Positions 12,334 to 23,319 are shown, counted from the stretch's first letter. The stretch: 64,000 nucleotides of DNA from Glycera tridactyla (GCA_965644265.1 OZ286461.1:66898001-66962000); one strand, 5' to 3'. Numbers and translations: made by a program. The notes: generated from the sequence alone by a model not told the origin.

Positions 12334-12651
12334 AATCATATTTTTGATTAAAAATAATTTTTTTGTAAATAGGGGCAGAAACACGTGACCGAGAGAACTG
12401 GTTAGATCACGTGATCATGATTGAGAGGGGGGTGGTTCTCCTCTCTCGTTTTTCTCTCGGATTCCTTCTTAAAACAATTTAGAATTTACATAACATTAGC
12501 GAACCTTCCACCTTTTTGTATTTGTCATTGTTTGTTACAAAATGTTTCATTAAAAGAATTTTGTTTCAGATTTTGATTATGTAGAGGGCGCTGCCGTGGG
12601 GTATATAACGTGGTGTCGACTGTAGCTCGGTCTCACTTTCGATTAGATTGC
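12334..12651 (+). repeat. Ngaro repeat A1 (318 bp)
   Basis: Matches 18638-18955 with 4 substitutions seen by eye. Confidence 0.95.
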
Positions 12652-13437
12652 ATGGTAGGCGGAACGCGCTTTGTTTTTCTGATACATTTCATCATGGCCT
12701 GGTTTCACGGGAAAACACCCTTCGTACCTATAGAGCAATGGCTCGGACGGCTTCCAACTGCGTGTATTCTCGGACATTCTTTTACTCGTCAGCAAGAGGA
12801 TGTACTTTTGGAACGCATGATTCATTCAGGTTTGCATAAAGAAATAGATTCTGGCAACGTTTCACGTGGACAACTTAATGCCAACCTCCTTGACTTAGAC
12901 GATACTTTTAGCACTGTAAACTTCCGACACGTGGTCCATATCAATGACTATGACAATGCAGAGGACATAGCAGACGAAATTTTAGCATTAGCGGTACTCA
13001 AACCTGACCTTTTGGTGATTAACCTCGGGAGTAACGATCTTACTTGTTTCAACGTGGATCCTGAATCTTTAGCCTATGATTACTTTAACTTAGCACTTAA
13101 AATTTGCAAAGCTTGTAAAGTCAAGATCGTTGTCTTGATGTCATGCATCGATAGACTTATAGGTCACTTCGATTTCAGAGCTCGAGCGGCTACATTCAAC
13201 AAACAAACCGAGCTATTGTGTTCGAGCGCAAATGCAATCGATTTCTATCATGTACGAGGTTTCGGCTCATTAATGCCAGGCGCTCCTTCAATGGTCAAGA
13301 CTTGGAGCCGGGACTGGATTCACCCTGAGAAACACACAAAAGCCTTTGAAAGATATACAAAAGAAATGAGGCAAGCTGCTTTGACAAGCACACCTAACTT
13401 AGGTCGCGTTATTCGTGGCCTTCCATGTTATTTCTGA
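12652..13437 (+). CDS. SGNH/GDSL-family hydrolase (esterase) ORF carried by the Ngaro element
   Basis: Block I ILGHSF, block III LVINLGSNDL, block V RDWIHP; open frame; ATG at 12652 or 12694 (better Kozak atcATGG). Confidence 0.8.
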   Translation: MVGGTRFVFLIHFIMAWFHGKTPFVPIEQWLGRLPTACILGHSFTRQQEDVLLERMIHSGLHKEIDSGNVSRGQLNANLLDLDDTFSTVNFRHVVHINDYDNAEDIADEILALAVLKPDLLVINLGSNDLTCFNVDPESLAYDYFNLALKICKACKVKIVVLMSCIDRLIGHFDFRARAATFNKQTELLCSSANAIDFYHVRGFGSLMPGAPSMVKTWSRDWIHPEKHTKAFERYTKEMRQAALTSTPNLGRVIRGLPCYF

Positions 13438-13650
13438 GTCGAAAGTGAGCGACCTAACGACTTTGACGAGGGAGGGTAGGGAGGGGGGAGGGGGAGGGAT
13501 GGATCAATTTTCGTTTAATTATTGTTTGTAACGACGCCTGTCGTTACTAAATTCGTTATTATTTCTTTCTCAATTTTATTTTTCCAATTTAAATCTCGAT
13601 TTTATTTTTCCTTTTATTTCGTTTTCTGGCTCGTACATCATACATTGCAG

Positions 13651-15516
13651 ATGGCGAAAAGACATGCGGTCGATGATTATCCCATGGTACGGAAGAAGCC
13701 TGCTGCCTTGACTCAGCCACCTGATGGTTCTCCTTTCGTCTCACAAATGCCTCAGGTAAACTACGATCCATTTACTGAACTGCTATCCAAAAGCACGACG
13801 CCTGTCGTGTCATCCATTGACGATAACATCAGTCAAATTCCTTGTGGACAAAGGATCAATCCTACTCCTTTATCGCAACGTGGAGCGACTGCTCCTAATG
13901 TTTTTCAGCCAAATATGGGACCAAAGTTGAATGATCTGCGATCAGCTTCAGTGAGAACCTGTTCCATGCAAAATCGACCATTTATCAATGGCATAGGAAG
14001 ATCGGTGGCTAATTCACCTTACAATAACTCCTTTGTTCCAAATGTTCGGCCTCCTTTGGTCTCAAGCGGGAACTGTTCTTATCCCACTGTTACTATGTCT
14101 AATCCCACTCCTTCTTCGTCGCAGCAATCTATACAGGACATGCGTGAGGACATCAGAACCACCATGGACATGGCTAAGCAGCACATGGCTAATATGAATT
14201 CCGTCCTTCAAAACTTACAGCATAAGCTCGACAGTTCAGCCGCCTGGCCGCAACAACATACGTTTCAAAGGTCGCCTGACCCTTCTCCTTCATCTTCTCA
14301 AGGTATGACTTCAAACTTTCAACCTTCCAACATAGGTTTATTTACCAGAGATACAGATGAACGCTTAAACCCTAGACCCAACCTTTGGCAACCTCATTTA
14401 TCGGGGAACTCAGGGCATGGGAGACCGAATACGACCAATACTGCTTTTTCTAACGCCAACGCTAACTCTACCTCCACTACCTCCGATAAAGAAGGCTCGA
14501 ACATAGGTTTTTCTTTTCCTGACCCTTCACATCCTTCTCAACCTTCTGCTCCTTTTAGAGCAGCTGGGTCCATTATGGATGATAACCTATCCTTTAATCT
14601 AATTTTGGAAAGGATGCGCAAGGGCAGGAGCGTTCGTGACCTTTCTTTATCTCAATCGCTGCATTCCGCAGCTAACGAGCTTGGTCTCAGAGACCCTGCA
14701 GAATCCGGTACTTTAGCGACACACGCTGTTTCACCATTTAATTCTATACGCATCGGTCTCTCTGACGAAGAAATAGGTTTACGTACTGACCCCTGCTCTC
14801 GTTCAGTAGTAACGGGTGGTCTTCCTATAGGATTTAACGTGGATCTTGACACACGTATCAGTATATGGCAGGACAAGTACATAGATCTTGCCGATCTTTT
14901 ACAACAGGACAAAATTCATCACCACCATTACGTGGTAGACGGCAAAACGGGACAATTTGTCCTAGCCAAAAAGAAAAAATCCATTCGCAACATCCATGAT
15001 TGGGATCAAGCATTTTTAGTCTTCCAAAATATCTATAACCAACATCCCTTGAAGTCACAGGCTCAGAAAGCAAAGGAAGGTAGTCAACTCTTAGCATACA
15101 TAGCCGAAATACGTGAAATTGACTCTCAAGGGGGTAACTTCATCTTCTACGATGAAAACTTTCGCAGCTTAAGATCACAAATGCTAACTCCTTTTCCCTG
15201 GGACACTTTTCACATGGTTCTTCATCAAAAAGCTTTAAAATCTCCTGATACTTCAGAACCTTTTTCTTCCAAACAAAATATGAACAAGCAGGGAAAACCT
15301 CGGCTCAAAAAGGGCTATTGTCAATATTATCATGCTAATGATAAGAAATGCATGTTCCCCAAATGCACTTTTAAGCATTATTGTCCGAATTGTAACGGTA
15401 AGCATCCTGTGTATTTATGCAGGTCTGACGGATCCAGTGGAACAGATAAATCAGACAATGGCAAGAGACCTTCTGTTTCAAACAGTGACTCCAGTCAATC
15501 CTCTGTTACTAAGTGA
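13651..15516 (+). CDS. Ngaro gag-like ORF1
   Basis: Within ORF 13522..15516, first ATG MAKRH at 13651; IWQDKYIDLADLL, WDQAFLVF, YDENFR and C-terminal CxxYH..C..CxxxHxCxxCxxxHxxxxC typical of DIRS/Ngaro ORF1. Confidence 0.85.
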   Translation: MAKRHAVDDYPMVRKKPAALTQPPDGSPFVSQMPQVNYDPFTELLSKSTTPVVSSIDDNISQIPCGQRINPTPLSQRGATAPNVFQPNMGPKLNDLRSASVRTCSMQNRPFINGIGRSVANSPYNNSFVPNVRPPLVSSGNCSYPTVTMSNPTPSSSQQSIQDMREDIRTTMDMAKQHMANMNSVLQNLQHKLDSSAAWPQQHTFQRSPDPSPSSSQGMTSNFQPSNIGLFTRDTDERLNPRPNLWQPHLSGNSGHGRPNTTNTAFSNANANSTSTTSDKEGSNIGFSFPDPSHPSQPSAPFRAAGSIMDDNLSFNLILERMRKGRSVRDLSLSQSLHSAANELGLRDPAESGTLATHAVSPFNSIRIGLSDEEIGLRTDPCSRSVVTGGLPIGFNVDLDTRISIWQDKYIDLADLLQQDKIHHHHYVVDGKTGQFVLAKKKKSIRNIHDWDQAFLVFQNIYNQHPLKSQAQKAKEGSQLLAYIAEIREIDSQGGNFIFYDENFRSLRSQMLTPFPWDTFHMVLHQKALKSPDTSEPFSSKQNMNKQGKPRLKKGYCQYYHANDKKCMFPKCTFKHYCPNCNGKHPVYLCRSDGSSGTDKSDNGKRPSVSNSDSSQSSVTK

Positions 15517-17153
15517 ATTTCTACAAGGGTATCCTCAAGGTGAGGTAGATTATTTGGTGGAAGGTTTTCTACATGGTTTTAATATTGGTTTTTCGGGTAT
15601 TTCCCCAGGTTACAGGGCACAAAACCCTTCTTCTCTACAAGATCTTTTTTCTGAAGCTAAGGAAACTTATTCTAGCTGACGTTCAACTAGGTCGCATAGT
15701 AGGCCCCTTTGTGGAACCTCCTTTTCCTAATCTGCAAATTTCACCTATTTCCATTGTACCTAAAAAGACACCAGGGACTTATCGTTTAATACATAATCTC
15801 TCTGCTCCTTATAATCACTTATCCGTTAACCATCATATTCCCGATTTAGAAGCGTCTGTTCAATACACCACTGTATTTTCTATCATTGATTTCATTATTG
15901 CCATTGGTAAGAATGCTTTCTTATGTAAAACTGATGTTAAGTCAGCTTTTAGAATTGTCCCTATTCACCACAGTCAACTTCACCTCATGGGTTTACGATT
16001 AGGTAACGATTATTATATAAATAAATGCCTTGCTATGGGTGGCAGGTCTTCCTGTCGTATTTTCGAGAGGTTCTCTACTGCGATTCAATGGATATGTCAA
16101 CACCGTTTGAATATCCCTTATATCTCTCATATGCTGGACGATTTCTGTATCGTAGCTGATGGTGTGAATGAGTGTCAAAGACAATTGGATGTTTTCAAAC
16201 AGTTCTGTTTTCAAGTAGGCATACCTTTATGTCCTATTAAAACTGAAAAACCTAGTCAAATTATGTCCTTTCTAGGCATTGAATTGAATGTTTCCCAAGG
16301 TTTTGCTAAACTACCCACTGACAAGCTTCGCAGATACGCCAATGTAATTAACGATATTCTTTCATCCAGGCATGTTTCTTTTGGTACGTTGAGAGCTTTG
16401 ATTGGAAAACTCAACTGGGCCGCTTCTTTAATCAAACCTGGCAAATCTTTCCTTAGAGGTTTGATTGACTCAACTCGAGGTCTTCGTAACCCTTCACATT
16501 TGGTCCCTTTCACTAAGGACTTAGAATACGACCTCATCATGTGGAGAGATTTTCTTCACAATTACAATGGTTTCTCTTATCTGAGGGAAATCACAATGAG
16601 TCATGTCAAACCTGAGCATATACACTCTGACGCTTGTAAAAAGGGAGCTGGTGTTGTGTACAGGAACCTTTGGTTCTACTTAGAATTTCCTGATGATTGG
16701 AGTCATCTCAATATAGCTTATCTAGAGTTTTATCCTTTTCTAGTAGCATTGTTCACTTTTCGGTCCTCTTTGAGGCACAAACATATCTTCTTTCACTGTG
16801 ACAACCTTGCAGTGGTCGAAATTGTCAACAAGAAAACAGCCAAGAACGCAGACCTCATGCGCCTTATGCGGCACATCATGTTATTTGCATTGTATAATGA
16901 CATTGATTTTTCAGCCATTCACATACCTGGTATTGACAATGTTATTCCTGATCTTATATCACGTGATAAATGTTCACAGGATACCTTGAGAACTGCGGGT
17001 TTGGCAATCCATCCAATCTATATAGCCAGGCATCTCGATCCTCGCATTTGTGGTCCTTGGTGGACCTCCTTGTTTACCGTTCTTACGCTCCCACCACATG
17101 GAAGTCATATCAACTTGCGTGGAACGATTTCTGTCAATTCTCATACCAGGTAG
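15458..17153 (+). CDS. Ngaro pol (RT + RNase H), split by a one-base frameshift near 15645-15650
   Basis: TPVNP..GF..GF N-terminus in ORF 15332..15679; ISPISIVPKK, KTDVKSAFR, HMLDDF, HSDAC, YLEFYP, HCDN, GIDNVIPDLISR in ORF 15573..17153; overlaps gag end. Confidence 0.9.
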
Positions 17154-17992
17154 GCATGCCATTTTCACATGAACTAGTTGCATTATACATAGCTCAATTA
17201 CACTCAAAAGGCTTTAAGTCTTCATCTGTCAGATCCAGACTTTCAGCTATTTCACATTTCTTAAAAATTAACAATTTTGATGATTTTTGTAAATCATACA
17301 TATCCAATAAAATGTTAAGCGGTCTTAACAAAAAGCTACCCTTAACCAATGATTCAAGAGTACCTATTGACAAACAGACATAATGGTTGTTTGTCCATCG
17401 TATTGATCTTATAGATCTCTCTAGCTTTGAGAACATCCTTCTCAAAACCATGTTTATCTGGGCGTACACTTTGTGTTTGCGTATCTCTGAATACGCTTTT
17501 ACCAATGTACTCACTAATCACTTCCTGTTAAGACAGGATCTATCGGTAATATATGATAACGATGGTTCAGTTTGCTTTAAGATCACCATTAGATCTTCCA
17601 AATTTTCAAAAAACCCTCCATGCTTTGTTTTTAAACCTTCTGAAGTACTCGACTTATGCCCTGTCCGTCACATGCAACAATATTTAATGTTTCGAGGACA
17701 TCAAGATGGTCCTTTATTTATGATTCACAATGCTCCTGTTACCAGCCAGTACGTTAACTTCTGGATCAAAAAGATTGGTCATTTTGTAGCTGTTAACAAA
17801 AAGTTCTCCAGCCATTCATTTAGAATTGGTCACTGTACAGATTGGGTTTCTGAAGGAATTTCAGAAGAAAACATTAGAATTCAAGGTCGCTGGTCATCAA
17901 ATGCCTTTAAAGTCTATGTCCGTCCTCATTTTGTATGTCTTTCTGGGCCGTCTGGCTCTTTAGGCAGCTATGGGGCAAACGGCCTGCAGTAG
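16970..17992 (+). pseudogene. Ngaro tyrosine recombinase with one in-frame stop (TAA 17381-17383)
   Basis: ORFs 16970..17383 and 17387..17992 share a frame; catalytic LRISE (R), SSK (K), HSFR (HxxR), GRW (W) and VYVR (Y); overlaps RNase H end. Confidence 0.9.
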
Positions 17993-18640
17993 TTTCCATC
18001 TCCATTTCCATCGACTGAAGAAAATCATTTCCGCCATCTTGATATGATATTTGATGTACGACCTGTAATTTTGACATTTTGTGTATATTTTTGTATATCA
18101 TCAGTTTTTCTGATAAACTCAATTTTTTCCAATATTTGGGATGCTTAGAAGTAATTTTTCAAAAAAAATTCACGTAAATTGGGATTGGGTTTATTTTTGA
18201 GTTACTTAAACTGTTTCCAAGTAATTGCATCCGTGAAAAAATTGGGATTACAAGCCTTCGGGCAACACCGGCTTTCAAGCCTCAGTACAAGCCTTGGGCT
18301 TGTTGTGCTCTCACTTACAAGCCTTCGGGATTTGTTGGCTTTCAAGCCTTGGTACAAGCCTTAGGCTTGAAATTGCTTGACACTCAAGCTTGTTACGTCA
18401 ACATGGTTGACAAAGTGGTTGTGTCTCTGAGCACGAGTATTTCTGTTTTCGGAACAATGTTGTTCCTGTGTGTGCTTCAGAGACATACTTGTTACAATAA
18501 ATTGCCAATCATAAATTGACTTTTGTTTGCATTGTTATTCATCTTATTCATATATCAGGTGTTTCAATCCGGATAGATTGACTTCCAGATTTATTCTAGG
18601 GTCTTGATACCAGTCCTGTTTCTAACCATTTTGGAAAAAT
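17974..18640 (+). repeat. Ngaro repeat B1 (667 bp)
   Basis: Matches 19009-19675 with 4 substitutions seen by eye; overlaps YR stop. Confidence 0.95.
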
Positions 18641-18955
18641 CATATTTTTGATTAAAAATAAATTTTTCGTAAATAGGGGCAGAAACACGTGACCGAGAGA
18701 ACTGGTTAGATCACGTGATCATGATTGAGAGGGGGGTGGTTCTCCTCTCTCGTTTTTCTCTCGGATTCCTTCTTAAAACAATTTAGAATTTACATAACAT
18801 TAGCGAACCTCCCACCTTTTTGTATTTGTCATTGTTTGTTACAAAATGTTTCATTAAAAGAATTTTGTTTCAGATTTTGATTATGTAGAGGGCGCTGCCG
18901 TGGGGTATACAACGTGGTGTCGACTGTAGCTCGGTCTCACTTTCGATTAGATTGC
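18638..18955 (+). repeat. Ngaro repeat A2
   Basis: Copy of 12334-12651, directly fused to B1 through shared AAT. Confidence 0.95.
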
Positions 18956-19008
18956 CCACCACCTTCCCCAAGACTCCACCTCTTCTTTCTTGTGTTCGGG
19001 GTTTGTTC

Positions 19009-19675
19009 GGCAAACGGCCTGCAGTAGTTTCCATCTCCATTTCCATCGACTGAAGAAAATCATTTCCACCATCTTGATATGATATTTGATGTACGACCTG
19101 TAATTTTGACATTTTGTGTATATTTTTGTATATCATCAGTTTTTCTGATAAACTCAATTTTTTCCAATATTTGGGATGCTTAGAAGTAATTTTTCAAAAA
19201 AATTTCACGTAAATTGGGATTGGGTTTATTTTTGAGTTACTTAAACTGTTTTCAAGTAATTGCATCCGTGAAAAAATTGGGATTACAAGCCTTCGGGCAA
19301 CACCGGCTTTCAAGCCTCAGTACAAGCCTTGGGCTTGTTGTGCTCTCACTTACAAGCCTTCGGGATTTGTTGGCTTTCAAGCCTTGGTACAAGCCTTAGG
19401 CTTGAAATTGCTTGACACTCAAGCTTGTTACGTCAACATGGTTGACAAAGTGGTTGTGTCTCTGAGCACGAGTATTTCTGTTTTCGGAACAATGTTGTTC
19501 CTGTGTGTGCTTCAGAGACATACTTGTTACAATAAATTGCCAATCATAAATTGACTTTTGTTTGCATTGTTATTCATCTTATCCATATATCAGGTGTTTC
19601 AATCCGGATAGATTGACTTCCAGATTTATTCTAGGGTCTTGATACCAGTCCTGTTTCTAACCATTTTGGAAAAAT
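19009..19675 (+). repeat. Ngaro repeat B2
   Basis: Copy of B1, ends ...ccattttggaaaaat. Confidence 0.95.
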
Positions 19676-21269
19676 GTCCTTGCTGAATGTCTTGAAATTG
19701 ATAGGGACTAGGTGAACGTCAAGGAGCTTTTGAGATCGCCTGTGGGGCTGAACTTGCCCCTGTTGTTTTCATGAGTCGGAGCACCCATGTTTGAAGTCAC
19801 CGCCTTCTGGCGCCTCGTGTTGTTCATGTCACACTAGCGTGAAATCGATTACTTTCCAGCACGCCCGAGTACGATAGCAAACCCGCGTTGCCGATGTTTA
19901 GGTGACTCATAATTTGGCATGGTGTTGGTTGGTCGGTTGGTCGGCTGGTTGGGTTGGTTGATTGGCTGCTGGCTGGCTGGCTGACCGGTTTGCTGGTTCT
20001 TTGGGAGTTGTCTGCAAAGGTTACCCACACGATCGTATTGTAACTCCGTCTTGTAGCATTGCCATCGCTGCCACCACTCTTAGAAAAAGGAAGTATTCAC
20101 GCTCGGTTGTAGTGGAGTAGGGCGGGATTGGCTCCATTCCCTCTACATAGCAGTGATCCCCATAATCTGCGTACTGATCAGGATCTGGTGTCAACAAGTC
20201 AATTTGGTGTTGAGTGGTCAACTCTGGCATGGCAGAGTCACCGATCATGCAATTAGAAGCCGTGCTGGCAGTTGTGCAACATGATATTCATGCGTATACC
20301 TGGTGTGACTGTACCTGATTAGCCCCTCCTCGAAGCCCCGCAATGCCAAACCGGAAGTGACTCTTTAGTACATGGGATTAGTCAATTTCACTTCTTAGAT
20401 TACTTCCGCAAGCTTGATATATTGAATCCATTTTGCTTTGCTTTTTCTGGCCTGTGTTGAAACGTTTTACATTCATGTCGGTTGGGTTGTACCGTTTCGT
20501 GAACACTGGCTTGGCTATATCGGGACGCCTGTGTAATGAACCTGGGTGGGACCATCTAAGACTCCGCTTTCTCTGTTCCCGATAGAAGCGCAACCCCCGT
20601 GCCTGACTGTCTCGAATACTCGGCGTTGGTAGAACAGACATTAGGCCCTACTCAATCAATCAAGCTTAGCTCATATCTCCAACCTATACATTTAATTTGC
20701 CGTGCTAGTGCTAGGCTCTCTTGACAAGGTTTCTCTATCGGGAGGTGAGATGATTTTGAAATCTTAGACACTTGAGGTATCCCGGGACTGCTGATTGGTT
20801 GATCGTTTTCTGTCTCGTGAACACCACGTGGGCTATATTGAGATAGGAATGCAATGAGCCTCGGTCTTGGTCTCCCATGACACGCTCGTCCAAATACCTC
20901 ACAGAAGATGAAATGACATGAAATAACTGACACCGGGAGTGTCCCTGAATGCCAGGCTTGTTTCTTGTTCATTTACTTGTGGGCACTCGATGCACTTCCC
21001 GGCCAGTAACAGTTCTAGTGTGTTCCACTCATGATATGTGGTGTGTTACGACCTATGTCTTAAGGATGAATGAGGCATTTTTAAAATTTGCCACACCCTT
21101 GAAATTTCATATGATCATTTCTAGTGAGGTATAGATCAGATTTCCTGAAAAAAAGTTGGGGTCACCAGGCTTGTTTTCCAGTTGTAGCTATTCATATAAT
21201 TGTCGAAATATTGAGAAAATGCAAAAAATGCCAAGATACAGTTTCATCAAGAAATATTACATAAACACC

Positions 21270-21855
21270 ATATTTGAATGAATCAAACCTCTTTTGTCTT
21301 GTATCCTAAAGCAACATGGATTGGAAAATTCACATAGAGGAAATGTTTTTCATGATAAAAAAAAGACCCAATAGTCCACAGAAACCAATGAAAAAATCAC
21401 TGAAAAATCACAAATCACCCTGCAGACCATACAGGAATATTTGCTGGATTCAATTTTTTTCATTCATTTTGTAATTCATTACTGGACAATCAAAATAAGT
21501 GAAAAAAAAAATACATGTCGCCAGATTCGTTTTTTTTTGGCCAGCCAGTGTTGATAATTTTATTGAATTATGCCGAAAATGATGAAAAGTGGCAGAAATA
21601 TGATAAAATTCCACATAGCCATCTCAAAATTGGGACGTGTCTTGCCAGACATCAGGCAATCATACCCACAAAATCTCACTTCAAAACAACTGAGACTTTT
21701 TGAGTTATCATCCGTAAACCATCATTCACCCACCCATCTACTCAAGCACACAGCCACCAAGCAACACCAGGGTCAATTTTGGAAAAAAATCCCATCTGGT
21801 GTTCACACACGTTTGGACATGAAAATATTGCAGTATTTGTTTGAAGGACAGTAAT
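21270..21855 (+). mobile_element. Unclassified interspersed repeat; inverted homolog at about 32998-33575
   Basis: Shared anchors gcagtatttgtttgaaggacagta and gtcttgta..gcaacatgg in opposite orientation; ORFs 21570..21854 and 32999..33271 both end QYLFEGQ. Confidence 0.7.
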
Positions 21856-22356
21856 AGAGGTATCTAGGAAGGTGGGCAAGTGACCTACTAGGGTAATGCC
21901 ATAGGTGCCAGTCAGGAAACGTGAAAAACTCCCTGCTACATCCTTAAGCGACTTTTTGAATAGGGTTGTGGAGAAGATGTTCGAGAGCCCACCACCGCCC
22001 TAACTCCGCCTTCAAGATGTATCGGGGACGGAAAGGCTACTCAGATTGCCGATTAAATGCAGATCGTCAATAAATTATTGTGGTGGCCAATCAATTGTTA
22101 TGACCTTGAAATTAATCGCTAACTCTATCGGGCCCACCTGGGCGCCGAATTGTAGCTGCAAATTTTCGAATTTCCTCTTTGCAACTTCTAATTGCAATGC
22201 TTCGTGGATATAATCACAGCAGTTGGGCTGATATCATTTTTTTTCTCATAAAATCAATTTGGCAATTTGAGAAACGTCTAGTGTTTTATCTATAGGGAAA
22301 TGCCCATGATTATCAATCATCAATTATTTGTTCGTTGTCGATTAGCTCCTCAAATC

Positions 22357-22572
22357 CAAACCCAGTGCATGCCGACTGGGATATCAAAGGCCGGCCGTGT
22401 ATTTAGGAGCCTTTTCCTTTACGCACGTTGAAGATCCACTGCTGTCTTTCGCAAGAGTAGGGACGGCCCCCCGCAGGCAGTGACTCTTTTCTTCAGCATT
22501 TTCAGTTTTTTCAGTCCGATATAACCCAAGCGGGTTTAAGTGACGTTAAACTCAAACAAACAAACAAACAAA
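22357..22572 (+). mobile_element. SINE-like 3' portion with (CAAA)n tail
   Basis: gcacgttgaagatcc...gacgttaaact followed by (caaa)n; no intact A/B boxes found. Confidence 0.5.
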
Positions 22573-23299
22573 ATCCTCAAATCCATATCAACCGATGATC
22601 ATGGGCATAACTTTGTTCAAAATTTCCCAGAACATGAAATATGTGGGAGAAAAATATGTGTTGTGTCTTGTTTGCCAGTAGTTTAGATATAATGAATTAC
22701 TGCATCAATCAATCAATGCTATATCAATCAAGAGAGAGAGGAAGACTGATAATGAACGTTGATACGGATGAAAAGGGTCACGAAATTAGTGAAATCGACT
22801 GTAAGCAATCTAGGCTTGGCAGGCGTGTATTCCACGCGCTAAGCTATTCCGGCAAGGTGCCCGTATCAACGCTAAGACGTTTAGGATCGGCTCGGGTAAG
22901 CGCTATAATCCGGGGGGTGGGGGCGGGGGTGGTGGCAGGGGCGGGGGTCAAGGTGGTACTCACACTATGCTGAAAGGAAAACACTGACACACACGCGCAC
23001 GCACGTGATTACATGTGTGTTTCCGGAAACATATACAAACACAACCAAACACCTTCCCTGAGTCACACTCACGATTCAATTTCAAATTCAGGGATATTAT
23101 TTCATTTCCTCATATTGATTCAGGCGCATCAAATGAAAATTCAATCCACCCTTATGTCACATATATAAGTTGATCGTACATATAGAACATGGGTGATTGT
23201 TATAAGACCTATCAGGCGTACAAAATAATCGACTCATTTCAGCGAACATGTGTTAAAATGCCAGTACATTCGAGTCTGTGGAGAAACTCCAAGTAGACA

Positions 23300-23319
23300 G
23301 AGAGAGGGGGGTACGAGAG

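Larger units (their letters stand above)
12334..19675 (+). mobile_element. Ngaro-type (DIRS order) tyrosine-recombinase retrotransposon, full length
   Basis: Split direct repeats A1-ORFs-B1-A2-spacer-B2; gag with C-terminal Cys/His knuckle, RT+RNase H, YR; no methyltransferase domain after RNase H (argues against DIRS1/PAT-like); no conventional TSD. Confidence 0.93.

Noticed and set aside
17907-19399. Duplicated ORFs MSLSEKLM... and MGLGLFLS...
   Set aside because: By-products of the B1/B2 repeat; no coding signature
12334-19675. Classification as DIRS1-like or PAT-like, or as an LTR element
   Set aside because: No inverted terminal repeats or ICR, no methyltransferase domain, no integrase or TSD; split direct repeats plus YR fit Ngaro best (phylogeny still needed)
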